DNA of 63,727 nt, filler included, from Octopus bimaculoides (GCF_001194135.2; 5 parts of 4 records of this genome joined end to end with filler, not necessarily neighbours in it); one strand, 5' to 3'. Shown: positions 27,111 through 39,554, numbered from the whole stretch's first letter. Notes: generated by a model from the sequence alone, not told the origin. Numbers and translations: made by a program.

Positions 27111-27456
27111 AAAAAAAATAATAATAATAATAGCAACAACAACACAAAAGTCAATGCAATCGACTATATGTGTCCTAGAATAGTGACAACGTACTTTTTG
27201 ACATGTCGATATATTTATGTCTTCTAACAATTCTATAGAAATATTCCGAGTTTACTCTCAAAATTCTTGATCAAGCCAAAAACTGCATCCAAAAGTAGTT
27301 TGATTTCATTTAAGCATTCGACAAGCTGTTCAAATACTTGACTTCACCACGTTTCAATCCTCATACAGACCGTTGCAAATAGATTCAACTTTATTTAGAA
27401 GGTGACCAATGGTTTCTGTAAATTGTTTTACAAAACTAGTATGTCGGCTTACCATA

Positions 27457-29902
27457 TTAGCCTTCTGTCTACCAATGGGTCCAATGGACCCATTTCAGTT
27501 TTTTCAATTGCTTTTTCCTACTGTTTATATTATATGCTTCTGCTGATTTCTCATGACTCCTATTTTTTCTTCACTCTCTTTTATTTGTCAAACGGGAAAT
27601 TTTCCGTGTGTTTATAAAAGCTAGAAAATTTCACTTTATACATTAATAACCGTATGGGTCCATTGGACCCTCGAATTAAATTCAGACAGTACTCTTGACA
27701 TTCTAAACAGAATAAAAGCAGTATCAAATAATATTTTTCTAGATATTTATCAGATATAAAATAGATAAAATTGTATTCAATTTATTTGCTGAATTTTAGA
27801 TAAAATAGGAAAATTTATGAAAATATTCCTGTAAATTTGTGTGGTATTGCATCACCTTCATTCTGCTAGGTTATAGGGTGATGCAATATTTCTATGTGAA
27901 GACGCAATTCTTACAATATATTGCATCATCTATCAGGAGATTATAAATATGTGAGAGAGCAATATCTGCTTTTAGTCTGCTATCAAGTTTCATATAGTTC
28001 AGTTGTGCTTTCTAGTATGCCAAGACGTGAAAACTTGAGTGGAGACCAAATATCGAAAAGGTTATTGGAATTAGATGAAGAATGGGAAGAAGATAGTAGT
28101 GATTCCTTCTATTGCTCTGAAGATGATAGTGAAAATAATTATGTGCTGGACAGTATATGTTCTGTGTCATCAGATGATGAAGATACTCAAAAACAATTAT
28201 CTGCAAGCCACCCAATGTTTCTAGAGATAAACAAGAAGTTTGACGTTCTAATCCTCTTACTCAAGCAGCAGTAAGAACTTCATCTTGTAATATTGTGCGC
28301 CAAGAATGTGGACCATCCCATTTTGCTAAAAGATCTTGCGATTGCATTGAAACATGTTTTACTGTCTTTATGCGCCAGAATCTTCTTGAAGTAATTTGTA
28401 AAATGTTGGAGGTCAAGTTGTTTACAAAAATAAATGGAAGGAAATTGATCACTCTGAACTAAAGAAATTTATTGGATTGATTATTCTTACAGTTGTTTAT
28501 AAACCTAAACAGGAAAACGTCACACAGTTATGGAGTCGAGAAGATGGCCACCTAATATTCAACAAAATTATGAGCCGGGGAAGATTTCAACAGATTTTAC
28601 AAGTATTGCGTTTTGATTATGCTAGTGCAAGAAGAAAAAAGAGAAGTGATGATTAATTAGAGCCCATAAGAGAAATATTTTAATATGGAATCAGAATTTG
28701 CAAGATGGATATGTTCCAAGTTCATGCAAGACAGTTGATGAACAATTAGTTTCATTCAAAGGGCGCTGCCTATTCCAGGTATATATTCCTTCAAAACCAG
28801 GGAAATATGGAATTAAAATTTTGGCAATATGTGACAGTGAAACATCTTATGCTTGGAAAATGCAAATCTACACTGGAAAAGGCTCAGTAAAAGGGAGAGA
28901 GACAAATCAAGAAAACCTAGTAAAAGAACTTGAAAATACTAGTCGCAATATAACTTGTGATAATTTTTTTAGGATTGGCACGAAAGCTGCTTAGCAAGGA
29001 AACTACTTTAGTGGGAACAATTAGAAAGAACAGAGTTGATCTTCCAAGTGCTTTTACAAATGGAAAAGAACGAGAAATCAACAGCACAATATTTGGATTT
29101 CAAAAGGATTTTATTATCCTATCTTATTGTCCCAAGAAAAATTATGTAGTCACACTTATGAGTACAATGCACTCTCAGCCTTCAATTGATTCAAAATGTG
29201 CTGAAAAGAAACCTGAAGTCATTACATGTTACAACAAAACAAAAGGAGGAGTAGATACCCTAGATAAGATGGTAAGGACATACACTTGCAAAACACTGAT
29301 GGCCTATGGTTATATTTTACATGATTGATATAAGTGCAATGAATGCTTTCATTGTTGCTAAACAGTTTCACTTGCAAAGTTTCAAAGATAAAAGAAGACA
29401 GTGCCTAATTCAGTCAGGAAAGGAACTTGCTTGGAGTTAATGCTAAACAAAAACATGACAAACAACCTTCTAGTTCCACTAACATTTCTCAACCAAGCCA
29501 GAGAAGAAGACGATCTTCAACGTCATTTGAGATTCTTCAGCCAAAGAAGAAAGGAAGATGTTCTTTGTGTTGCCCCAAAAAAGACTGGAAAACTCGTACT
29601 ACATGTAAGAATTGTAATATCCAAGTTTGCCAAGAACATTCCAATTCTGCGTTCACTGCCATGAAGAGATGTAATTCTGTATTCTTGTAATTTTTTAAAT
29701 TTATAATATATTCTGTAAGCTGTATTTTTTTTTAATTAAAATTTGTGAGAAACAGTCATTCTTCATTCGCCTGATAGCATATATAATGTAGTTAAGAAAT
29801 AGTAATGGTTTGAATAAAATTTAATAGAAAGAAAAATATTGGGTCCATTGGACCCAGTTGGTGATTAGTGACATACAAATTCTCTGGTAGATCAAAGGTT
29901 AA
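27457..29902 (+). mobile_element. piggyBac DNA transposon, near full length, inactive
   Basis: Left TTAG+CCTTCTGTCTACCA (27457-27474) and right TGGTAGATCAAAGG+TTAA (29885-29902) are imperfect TIRs. Frameshifted transposase from about 28018 to 29690 has an acidic N-terminus, TVDEQLVSFKGRC, NITCDNFF, YNKTKGGVDTLD, and the Cys-rich tail RCSLCC...CKNCNIQVCQEH. Confidence 0.95.
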
Positions 29903-30324
29903 GGGCCCTATCAGTCGTAATCGAAACTATTTTTAACAAATATATTTGTATTCTACGAAATAGAGGCAAATTCTCTAAATTTATCAGCTCTCAATGAACA
30001 AAATTTCCACGAAAATATTATGGCAGACCTATGATATGCATGTTAACCGTGACAGTCTGCAGAGAATCGGGTGGCACTCAATGAAGTTTTTAAAAGAAAC
30101 GCCTTGCAATATCATATTATAAAAAGGTCACTAAATTTGACAAAGAATTTTAAAAAGTTTAACATATTAACGTTATAAAGTTGATGGTGTAATCAGTCTC
30201 CTCATCAAAACTATTAGAAAAGTCAAAAGTATTTACTTAAGTGTTCATGAATTTGATTGTCTATATTAGTACTGAATTTTATAACTCTGCTTTTGCTAAT
30301 TCATTCACGCGCGTTATAATAATT

Positions 30325-30540
30325 ATTTCTACTCTAGACACAAGGCCTTGAAAATTTGGGGGTAAGGAGGTTAGTCAATTACATCGATCCCAGTGCTCAA
30401 CTGGCACTCATTTCATCAACTCCGAAGGGATGAAAGGCAAAGTCGACCTCGGAAAAGTTTGAACTCAGAATGTAGCGGCAGACGAAATACCGCTAAGCAT
30501 TTCGCCCGGCGTGCAAACGATTCTGCCTGTTCTCCGCCTT
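30325..30540 (-). mobile_element. SINE family A
   Basis: Reverse copy. Confidence 0.9.
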
Positions 30541-31226
30541 ACACGCTTTATAATAATAACTTATTAACACACTTTATTAAAAGTGTCCTTAATATGAAAG
30601 TCATCAAATGAAAATTGCGTTTATTTTGTTGATGGGCAACATTTTTAATTGATGACTTTTATACAGTAAACGATGTTTACTGTATAAAAGTCAATTAAAA
30701 GTCATTAATTATACAGTAATCTTTCATGACCAACAGTAATATCAGAAGCATAAACAATTGCTATTGCTTAAGGGAAAGGTCCTTACAAAAATTTAAGTTC
30801 TCAAATTTGAAGTGTTTCCATTCTTTACATTCCACGTTTTAATCACAACTAGTTTCTCACACAATATTCAAAGAACTTTTGACACTCGTATCAACAACCC
30901 CATTCGTTCATTCAGTCATTTATTAAAAGTTCATTTCACCTCTTTGCACGTGTATGTATATATCAGTGTGTGTGTGTGCATGTGTGTGTGCGTGCGTGTG
31001 CGTGCGTGTGCGTGCGTGTGCGTGCGTGTGTGTGTGTGTGTGTGTGTGTGTNNNNNNNNNNNNNNNNNNNNNNNNNNNNNNNNNNNNNNNNNNNNNNNNN
31101 NNNNNNNNNNNNNNNNNNNNNNNNNNNNNNNNNNNNNNNNNNNNNNNNNNNNNNNNNNNNNNNNNNNNNNNNNNNNNNNNNNNNNNNNNGTTTTAATTTT
31201 TTTTTTTTTAGCAATTAAAGCTATTA

Positions 31227-31673
31227 TATCACGTCATCTCATAAGTTCTGTCCGATTTTACCCGCTTTAGTGAATCGAAAACGAGTGATGTTTCATCAGG
31301 ACAATGCGCGACACCACACTGCAAAGATCACATCACAGAAGATCGAAGAGCTTGGTTGGGATCAAATTCCTCATCCACATTATTCTCCCGATCTTGCTCT
31401 TTCAGACTACTATTTCTTTCGTAGTTTACAGAATCATTTGGGGGACATAACTTTCGCAAGCCAGGAGGGGGTCGAAACTGACATTTCAGAGTTCTTCGCT
31501 TTGAAACCAAAAGAGTTTTACATTGATGGGATTAAGAAGCTTGTAAATTGATGGAAGGAAGTCAGAGATAATCTGGGAAAGTACATTGATCATTAAATTT
31601 CAATTAAATATAACATTTGATCACTTGTTTTCTTTATTCAAAATTCGGACAGAACTTATGGGATGACCTGATA
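31227..31673 (+). mobile_element. Internally deleted mariner (mini-mariner) with both TIRs and TA TSDs
   Basis: TA+TCACGTCATCTCATAAGTTCTGTCCGA ... TCGGACAGAACTTATGGGATGACCTGA+TA. The internal frame FHQDNARHH...HYSPDLALSDYYFFRSLQN is the DD34D catalytic C-terminus. Confidence 0.93.
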
Positions 31674-31715
31674 ATTAGGTTCAGAAAATACGAACGAAAG
31701 AATAGAAAATATAAT

Positions 31716-31922
31716 TTTCTACTCTAGGAACAAGGAGCGAAATTTTGGGGGAGGGGGTCAGTGGATTAGATCGACTCCAGTACGCAACTGGTACTTACTT
31801 TATCGACCCCGAAAGCATAAGATGGAAATTCGACGGAATTTGAACTGAGAACATAACGACAGACGAAATACCGCTAAACGTTTCGTCCGGCGTGCTAACG
31901 TTTCTGCCAGCTAGCCGCCTTA
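31716..31922 (-). mobile_element. SINE family A
   Basis: Reverse copy. Confidence 0.9.
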
Positions 31923-32069
31923 AACGACTAATGCAGTTATCTCATGTTAGCCTGTGTGAGCGGCCAATGATGGATGAATTATAAATTCGTTAAAAAGTAA
32001 TTTTTAACTTGGGTTGGAATATGAAGTGCTACGCCAGATACCACTAATAATGCGGTATATAACATTAAT

Positions 32070-32905
32070 ATCTTTTATTCTTTTGATTGTTGCAGTTGTT
32101 AGATCGCAGCCAAACTGAAGAATTTTTAATCGAATGAATCAACCCGAATACTTGTTTTAAGCCTGGTACTTATTCTATCGGTCTCTTTTGCCCAACCGCT
32201 AAGTTACGGGGACGTAAACACCCCAGCATCGGTTGTCAAGCAGTGGGCGGATTAAACAAAGATGCACGCGGCGCGCACATACACACGCGCGCACGCGCGC
32301 ACACACACACACACATACACATATATATAATATATATATAGATATATAGATGTATATATATATTGTGTGCGTGTATTTGACAACACGTCCCCGTCACCTA
32401 GCGGGAGGCGCAATGGCCCAGTGGTTAGGGCAGCAGACTCGCGGTCATAGGATCGCGGTTTCGATTCCCAGACCGGGCGTTGTGAGTGTTTATTGAGCGA
32501 AAACACCTAAAGCTCCATGAGGCTCCGGCAGGGGGTGGTGGTGAACCCTGCTGTACTCTTCCACCACAACTTTCTCTCACTCTTACTTCCTGTTTCTGTT
32601 GTGCCTGTAATTCAAAGGGTCAGCCTTGTCACACTGTGTCACGCTGAATATCCCCGAGAACTACGTTAAGGGTACAACGTGTCTGTGGAGTGCTCAGCCA
32701 CTTGCACGTTAATTTTACGAGCAGGCTGTTCCGTTGATCGGATCAAGTGGAACCCTCGACGTCGTAAGCGACGGAGTGCCGTATTTGACAGGCTTCTTTC
32801 AGTTTCCGTCTGTCAGATCCACTCACAAGGCTTGCCAAAGGTGTCACGCAGTGGACTGAATCCGGAACCATGTGGTTGGGAAGCAAGTTTCTTACCACAC
32901 AGACA
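32070..32905 (-). mobile_element. SINE family C split by nested family B insertion
   Basis: Tail at 32070-32250 and head at 32791-32905. Confidence 0.8.
32383..32780 (+). mobile_element. SINE family B nested in a family C SINE
   Basis: TSD GTATTTGACA at 32373-32382 and 32781-32790. Confidence 0.93.
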
Positions 32906-33667
32906 CGCTCTGCACCTAAAAAGGTTAACATGTTAAACTTTTTTAAATTTTTGTCAAATTTAATGACCTTTTCATGACATGGTATTGCAGGAGATTTTCT
33001 TTAAAAGAATTCCATTGTATGTCACCTGAAACTCTGCACCCTGTCACGGTTGACTTGGATTTCATAGATCCGCCATCGCTGCCCGACAAAGAAGTACCCC
33101 AGCATGGCCACAATCTAGTAACTGACATCAGTCAGTTAATAAATCAGTAAAAGAATTTTTTTAAATAAAAAAAAAAGTCTGCATGAACTGCAGCCCTTTC
33201 ACCGATAATTTTTAACTTGGAGGAATTCTCCATATTCCAACGGAAAATTGTTTTGAAGTTGAAAAATTCCTTATTATTATTCGCACAGTTTTTGTGAGAT
33301 CTATTTTCTTTAATGTTGGTTTTTAAGGATAGCACTGGTAAGTTCGTAGAAGGTTGTTATTATTATGCAATAAATTTGATGTATACAAAAATATTTTGTT
33401 TTGTTAAATATGGGGAAGAAATTGAGATGGCGATCTGGTAAAATGAGAAAATACAGAAAAATAGTTAAGAAACTCTACTCAACATAAAAGAAATTGCTGA
33501 GATTTTTAAAAACTATTCGTCACATACGATACTCGGTTTTTTCTGTATAGCTTCTGTATAAGTCATACCATAACATTTCAAGCTTCTAACTGGGAACGGA
33601 GGATACTTATTATTAATGTCAATTAAGCAAATAAATTATACTAAATACAAACAATAATTTCTATTCT

Positions 33668-33876
33668 TTTATTTCTCTACTCTAGGTACAAGGCTCGAAA
33701 TTTTGGAGAAGGGGCTAATCGATTAGATCGACCCCAGTGCGCAACTGGTATTTAATTTATCGACCCCGAAAGGATAAAATGTAAAGTCGATCTCGAGAGG
33801 TAATTGAACTCAGAACGAAATACCGCTAAGCATTTCAACCGGCGTGCTAACGTTTCTGCCAGCTCGCCGCCTTACG
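33668..33876 (-). mobile_element. SINE family A with 14-bp TSD
   Basis: TSD ATAATTTCTATTCT at 33654-33667 and 33877-33890. Confidence 0.93.
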
Positions 33877-34157
33877 ATAATTTCTATTCTGAACTTGAAT
33901 AACAATTACAAATTAACATTTTCCTCCAATTTCTGTTTTATTTATTGTTTCAATGAGGTGTTGGTTTAACATTAAACCAGACATGCATATTTTCGTGCCA
34001 ATTAATTTCTGAATTGAAATAATAAATAAAAATGCAAAAGCAAAGCGAATGTACCCACTAATATCACTTGTGCCACCCTCAACGCTCGATCTGCAATAAA
34101 CAACAACGAAATCTCCCTCAAATATCACTGCATTATACGATGAATTTATTGAATGAT

Positions 34158-34549
34158 ACTGTTGTTGTTAGCACTCCGTCGCTTACGACGTCGAGGGTTC
34201 CAGTCGATCCGATCAACGGAACAGCCTGCTCGTGAAATTAACGTGCAAGTGGCTAACCACTCCACAGACACGTGTACCCTTAACGTAGTTCTCGGGGATA
34301 TTCAGCGTGGACACAGTATGACAAGGCTGACCCTTTGAAAATACAGGTACAACAGAAACAGGAAGTAAGAGTGAGATGAAGTTGGAGTGAAAGAGTACAG
34401 CAGGGTTCGCCACTATCCCCTGCCGGAGCTTTGTGGAGCTTTAGGTGTTTTCGCTCAATAAACACTCACAACGCCTGGTCTGGGAATCAAAACCGCGATC
34501 CTATGACCGCGAGTCCGCTTCCCTAACCACTGGGCCATTGCGCCTCCAC
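34158..34549 (-). mobile_element. SINE family B with 10-bp TSD
   Basis: TSD ATTGAATGAT at 34148-34157 and 34550-34559. Confidence 0.93.
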
Positions 34550-34899
34550 ATTGAATGATGTATCCTTCCTAAAAAATTTAAAAAAAAGATGTTCAATATT
34601 TGAACACTTTGATCTTAGGTCAGCTCTTTCAGGGCTGGCCTAGCAATAAACAACAAAAGAAGTGGGTCGTCCACCACAAACTACTGAGAACACATGATAG
34701 TGCTTTCGTTTCATCCGAGGCATCTCACGGATCACAACGAAAAGTCACTGACACAGCGAAAGCAAAATAGTCTAAACGAAAGATTATATGGGCATGAGCC
34801 AGGCAACGGCTCAAACAGCCATATAGTCCTGCAGATAGTTCTATGTAAAAATCAATCACAAACACCAGTACCATCTACAACTCCCCCAGAAACGTTTCA

Positions 34900-35330
34900 A
34901 GATTAACTACAGCATCAACCTAAGGGTAATATAATTGCAACACAGTTCAGACGAATGTGGAAAGTACAAACACACAAAATAATATCTCCTTAGCTCAAAG
35001 ACTCGGCAGGTGAGCTCTGCAACTAAAGCTGAATACAAGTGGACAACAACGAATTTTCTGCGACCAAGTTCATATCAACCACCACTGCAAGCACATAGGA
35101 GGGTAAACGACGAAGACTCCATGTAGTCAAGCTATCTATAGCCCAACCTGCTGGAAATAACAGCCAGATCTCCGTCATATCACATTCTACCACCTTAAAA
35201 TCCCAAAAAAACGGGGTGGTCAAGGCTGGAATAGAGCAAAGACATTCCACATCTGCTCAAACACAAAAATCCTTATGTGTCAGACTGCTTAGAGTGATCC
35301 TTGGGGAAACGCGACTTATTTGGCACACTG
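34900..35330 (+). mobile_element. Possible Penelope-like GIY-YIG 3' remnant
   Basis: Weak motifs (VI*..DECGKY...; EDSM..L*PNLLE...HILPP*) followed by a decayed hammerhead-like fold. Confidence 0.35.
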
Positions 35331-36635
35331 AATCTGATGATGGCACTCTATTCCTTCGTCTATCAACCTCCATGCCATATTGCTCCCTCAACAACTACAA
35401 CAGCAATGGTAAACAACATCGCAGTCACCACCACCACCACAATTTTTACCCTTTCGATTTTTGCTTCTTTCTCCCGTTTTTGCTTATTTATTTTTGTTGC
35501 AGTTGTCATTATAACCCATTTATTTAATAAAAACAGTAAAATGGTGTAAACATTAATACACATTTCACCACTGGATATCAATAAACAAATATGCTGAGAA
35601 AGTTACTTGTGTTTTCATACAGAACATATCGCTTATATNNNNNNNNNNNNNNNNNNNNNNNNNNNNNNNNNNNNNNNNNNNNNNNNNNNNNNNNNNNNNN
35701 NNNNNNNNNNNNNNNNNNNNNNNNNNNNNNNNNNNNNNNNNNNNNNNNNNNNNNNNNNNNNNNNNNNNNNNNNNNNNNNNNNNNNNNNNNNNNNNNNNNN
35801 NNNNNNNNNNNNNNNNNNNNNNNNNNNNNNNNNNNNNNNNNNNNNNNNNNNNNNNNNNNNNNNNNNNNNNNNNNNNNNNNNNNNNNNNNNNNNNNNNNNN
35901 NNNNNNNNNNNNNNNNNNNNNNNNNNNNNNNNNNNNNNNNNNNNNNNNNNNNNNNNNNNTATATATATTCCTTTTTATTTTCACCAATTATTTCCATACT
36001 GGTTAGTGTTAAAGGAAAATAGAGAAGCTGAAGGATATTCCGTCGTGCTTTTCCTTTAATTTTCTTTTACTGTCGATTTGCCAAGGACAAAATAAGTTGC
36101 ATTCAGATGACTAGTTATTTTGTCAACAACAAAATGTAACCCTATACCAGCGTTTTCTTCTTTGCGAAATGGGTTATTAACATTATTTTATCGGGCTGTA
36201 ATCAATCGACATTGAGGTAATTTGAGAGTTTTACGTACTTTGGCGTTGATAATATTACAAATGATGTTTTCGTTATTCCTCTGCACAAATTAACATTTTC
36301 ATCATATTTATGTTTATATTTGTATGTGCTCATCGTGTATACTTCAGTTTAACAGGAAGTCAGTCTATGGTTATTCGATTTTCTTATCTGGATTATCTGT
36401 AGAAATCATATTTAGCCAGCCTTTGCATAGACTGCATGTTTGAAACTAATTGGAAAGAAGAAAAACAACGCGAAATAAATTCATTGGTTGATATAGTTTA
36501 GAGATAATTACTCTTTAAGAGGGGGCCCTTGAAAATTAATTCATACAATATCTCGGGAAAATCAAAACAGGAGTTTTTCTAATTTTTTTCATTTACTAAT
36601 AAATGTATCGTTAATGGTGCCTCCGTATTCTAGAC

Positions 36636-36716
36636 CAGCGTTTTTCAAACTGTGTCCCGACCCTTATGTGGGTGGCGAGATAAATAAAATGGGTCGCGAC
36701 AAAAAAGAAGGGAAGG
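36636..36716 (+). mobile_element. Probable hAT-like MITE left end, truncated by gap
   Basis: CAGCGTTTTTCAAACTG...GACCC...GGGTCGCG resembles hAT/Charlie-type termini. Confidence 0.35.
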
Positions 36717-38304
36717 NNNNNNNNNNNNNNNNNNNNNNNNNNNNNNNNNNNNNNNNNNNNNNNNNNNNNNNNNNNNNNNNNNNNNNNNNNNNNNNNNNNN
36801 NNNNNNNNNNNNNNNNNNNNNNNNNNNNNNNNNNNNNNNNNNNNNNNNNNNNNNNNNNNNNNNNNNNNNNNNNNNNNNNNNNNNNNNNNNNNNNNNNNNN
36901 NNNNNNNNNNNNNNNNNNNNNNNNNNNNNNNNNNNNNNNNNNNNNNNNNNNNNNNNNNNNNNNNNNNNNNNNNNNNNNNNNNNNNNNNNNNNNNNNNNNN
37001 NNNNNNNNNNNNNNNNNNNNNNNNNNNNNNNNNNNNNNNNNNNNNNNNNNNNNNNNNNNNNNNNNNNNNNNNNNNNNNNNNNNNNNNNNNNNNNNNNNNN
37101 NNNNNNNNNNNNNNNNNNNNNNNNNNNNNNNNNNNNNNNNNNNNNNNNNNNNNNNNNNNNNNNNNNNNNNNNNNNNNNNNNNNNNNNNNNNNNNNNNNNN
37201 NNNNNNNNNNNNNNNNNNNNNNNNNNNNNNNNNNNNNNNNNNNNNNNNNTTTTTTAACCTAATTTTTGACAAAAACGGTTTTCTTATACACGTTAAAATA
37301 CGATAGTTTAATGTGTGAAAAAAAAAGAGAAAAACAGATAAGCAACTATTTGTCAGCCTGTGAATAAACGGACTATACGAGATGTTTAGGCTATTATTAT
37401 AAAACATTTTTTTTGGCTTTACATACAGCAGGTATGACTCCGATTTTACGGACACTAACTTACGAACAGGAGCTATTAGTTTGCATAGGCTAGTACTTTG
37501 CATTTCTCTTGCTCGACACCACATCATTCGTGGACGACGTCGACTCCAACATGAGAGTACAGTATACCTTCCACTGGAGTTTTCTTAGCTACGGTTTTGG
37601 CCCAGCTGCACGCATTCATGTGGATGAGCTCATCCGTCCTTTGACGGGTCTTTTGGTGGGAGAGGGGTCACACGGTGTCCATCACACCCTCCTCACCTGA
37701 CAAGCCAGGTGGAGGAGCCGGTTTAGTCGCTGACCACCTGATTATGAAACACGCAATACAGGGTTACATGATTGCAGGATTTTCCTGGCTTGACCCAGTA
37801 CAGTGTTAATAAATTTGTATCATTTTTTATACTAATGTACAGGTACCAGTATTTCATTTCATTATTTTAATAAATTTAATATCTATTATTTTACTTGTTT
37901 CAGTAATTTGACTGCAGTCATGCTAGATCACCGCCTATTTGTTTAATTTTGGAATATGTTGACCAAGGTCACCACCCTACTTCGGAAAAAAACAGTAATC
38001 GCGAAACGCTTTGGAGCCGAATGTTCCAGAAAATCGATGTATCTGTATTAAAAAGTGTTACGAAAGAATTTTATTTTGTAAGAGACTGTCAACAAAAGAA
38101 AGATAAAAGATTCTACTGATCTTCGGAAGAATTTCAGTAGTTAAATTAGCTGTGGCTGTGAAAAGAACTACACAAAGTACAAGTTGTGTGGTGTCTAGAG
38201 AGAATATGGGTTGCCTTATAATAACGCAGTTTGTTATAATTAATAAGAATGGTGGGATACAGGTACAAACACAAGCACACACGCACGTAGGTATATGCAT
38301 ATAT

Positions 38305-38430
38305 ACGGCAGGCTCCTTTCGGTTTCTATCTACCAAATCCACTCACAAGGCTTTAGTCAACACTTGCCCAAGGACTGAAGTCAGAACCATGTGAATGGGA
38401 AGCAAACTTCTTACGAAGCAGCCTGGCCTA
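38305..38430 (-). mobile_element. SINE family C head
   Basis: Reverse head with internal deletion. Confidence 0.75.
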
Positions 38431-38798
38431 TGACGATGGTTATATATTAAAAAGTATTCATGTAGTTGTTTCTTGGAAATGGCTAATTTGAAAGAAATGT
38501 TTTTAATATAATTAAACATACTAATTTAGCGAATCCCTTAGTTTAGGACTTTTTGGTTAAGTGCATCATTTATCATTAAGACAAAAATGGGTTAAGAGGA
38601 GATAATTCAAATGGCCAGTGGCATGAATTCTAATTACGAAATAGGGTAATGAACGTCGTACATGACAAAGTCTTTATTTGCTTTTAGATTTTTATTTTTA
38701 TTTATTAATCAATTTTTGTTTTTGTTTTTGTTTTTTCAGTTACTTCATGGACAGAGAAAATAAACAATTAGTACGCATACACACACACACATACACAC

Positions 38799-38836
<38 letters not shown>

Positions 38837-39554
38837 GCACGCACACACACACAAACACCTGCTTACGTACATGGTTTTTCTTCACATTAGACTATGTGCT
38901 CGACTACCTAATATGATCTAAAATGCACTGCGTCACAACTTAACTAAATTTGAGTGACTTAGTGGGCCTTTGACAGTATGTTACCAATTCGCATCCAACA
39001 ATAATGTTATTGATCTACCATAGTTTAGATATCTAGCCATGTAGTAACAGCAGCAAATATATGGAATGTTTAAATATCATGCTATCCAATAGCTAAAATA
39101 TTTTATACGTCAAGAGAAAGTATTGAAAAGAGCAGATCAATTTCATAATCTCGGTCAAGACAATTGGCCAATAAATGGCAATAAATATTTGAGCTGGTTA
39201 ACTTACCAAATGAATTCAGGTAGTAAAACTGGCCCATAAATTCTAAATATCTCTGAAAGTCAACCTATATAAACCCCATATCTACAAACAGCTGGACAGC
39301 TCGATCAATCTTGTCAGTATTTAGAATTCAGAGAGTAGCATATCAGTAACAGCCCATATATGGAGTAACTAACAAATCAAGTGCATTGAGTTAAGATGAG
39401 CTAATAGCAAGGACAGTTGGTCTATAGAGAGTAAACAGATGTATAACTTTAATTGGTCACTCCTCTGTTTGGATATTGACTTAAACACAGTATAGATGAT
39501 CGGTCTCTCAGAGACACCTATATAAGGGCCATCATATTTTATCATTTAGCTGTT

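Noticed and set aside
32403-32475. tRNA gene (A/B boxes)
   Set aside because: It is the tRNA-derived head of a SINE repeated several times in the window with the same body; no acceptor stem closure.
35334-35390. CTGATGA-TGGCA...TGCCA as another hammerhead
   Set aside because: The stem is followed by TATT rather than GAAA, and there is no NUH or stem I.
37440-37520. Minus-strand KVLAYAN resembling RT AYADD
   Set aside because: Single short motif with immediate stops and no upstream QG.PLSP motif in register.
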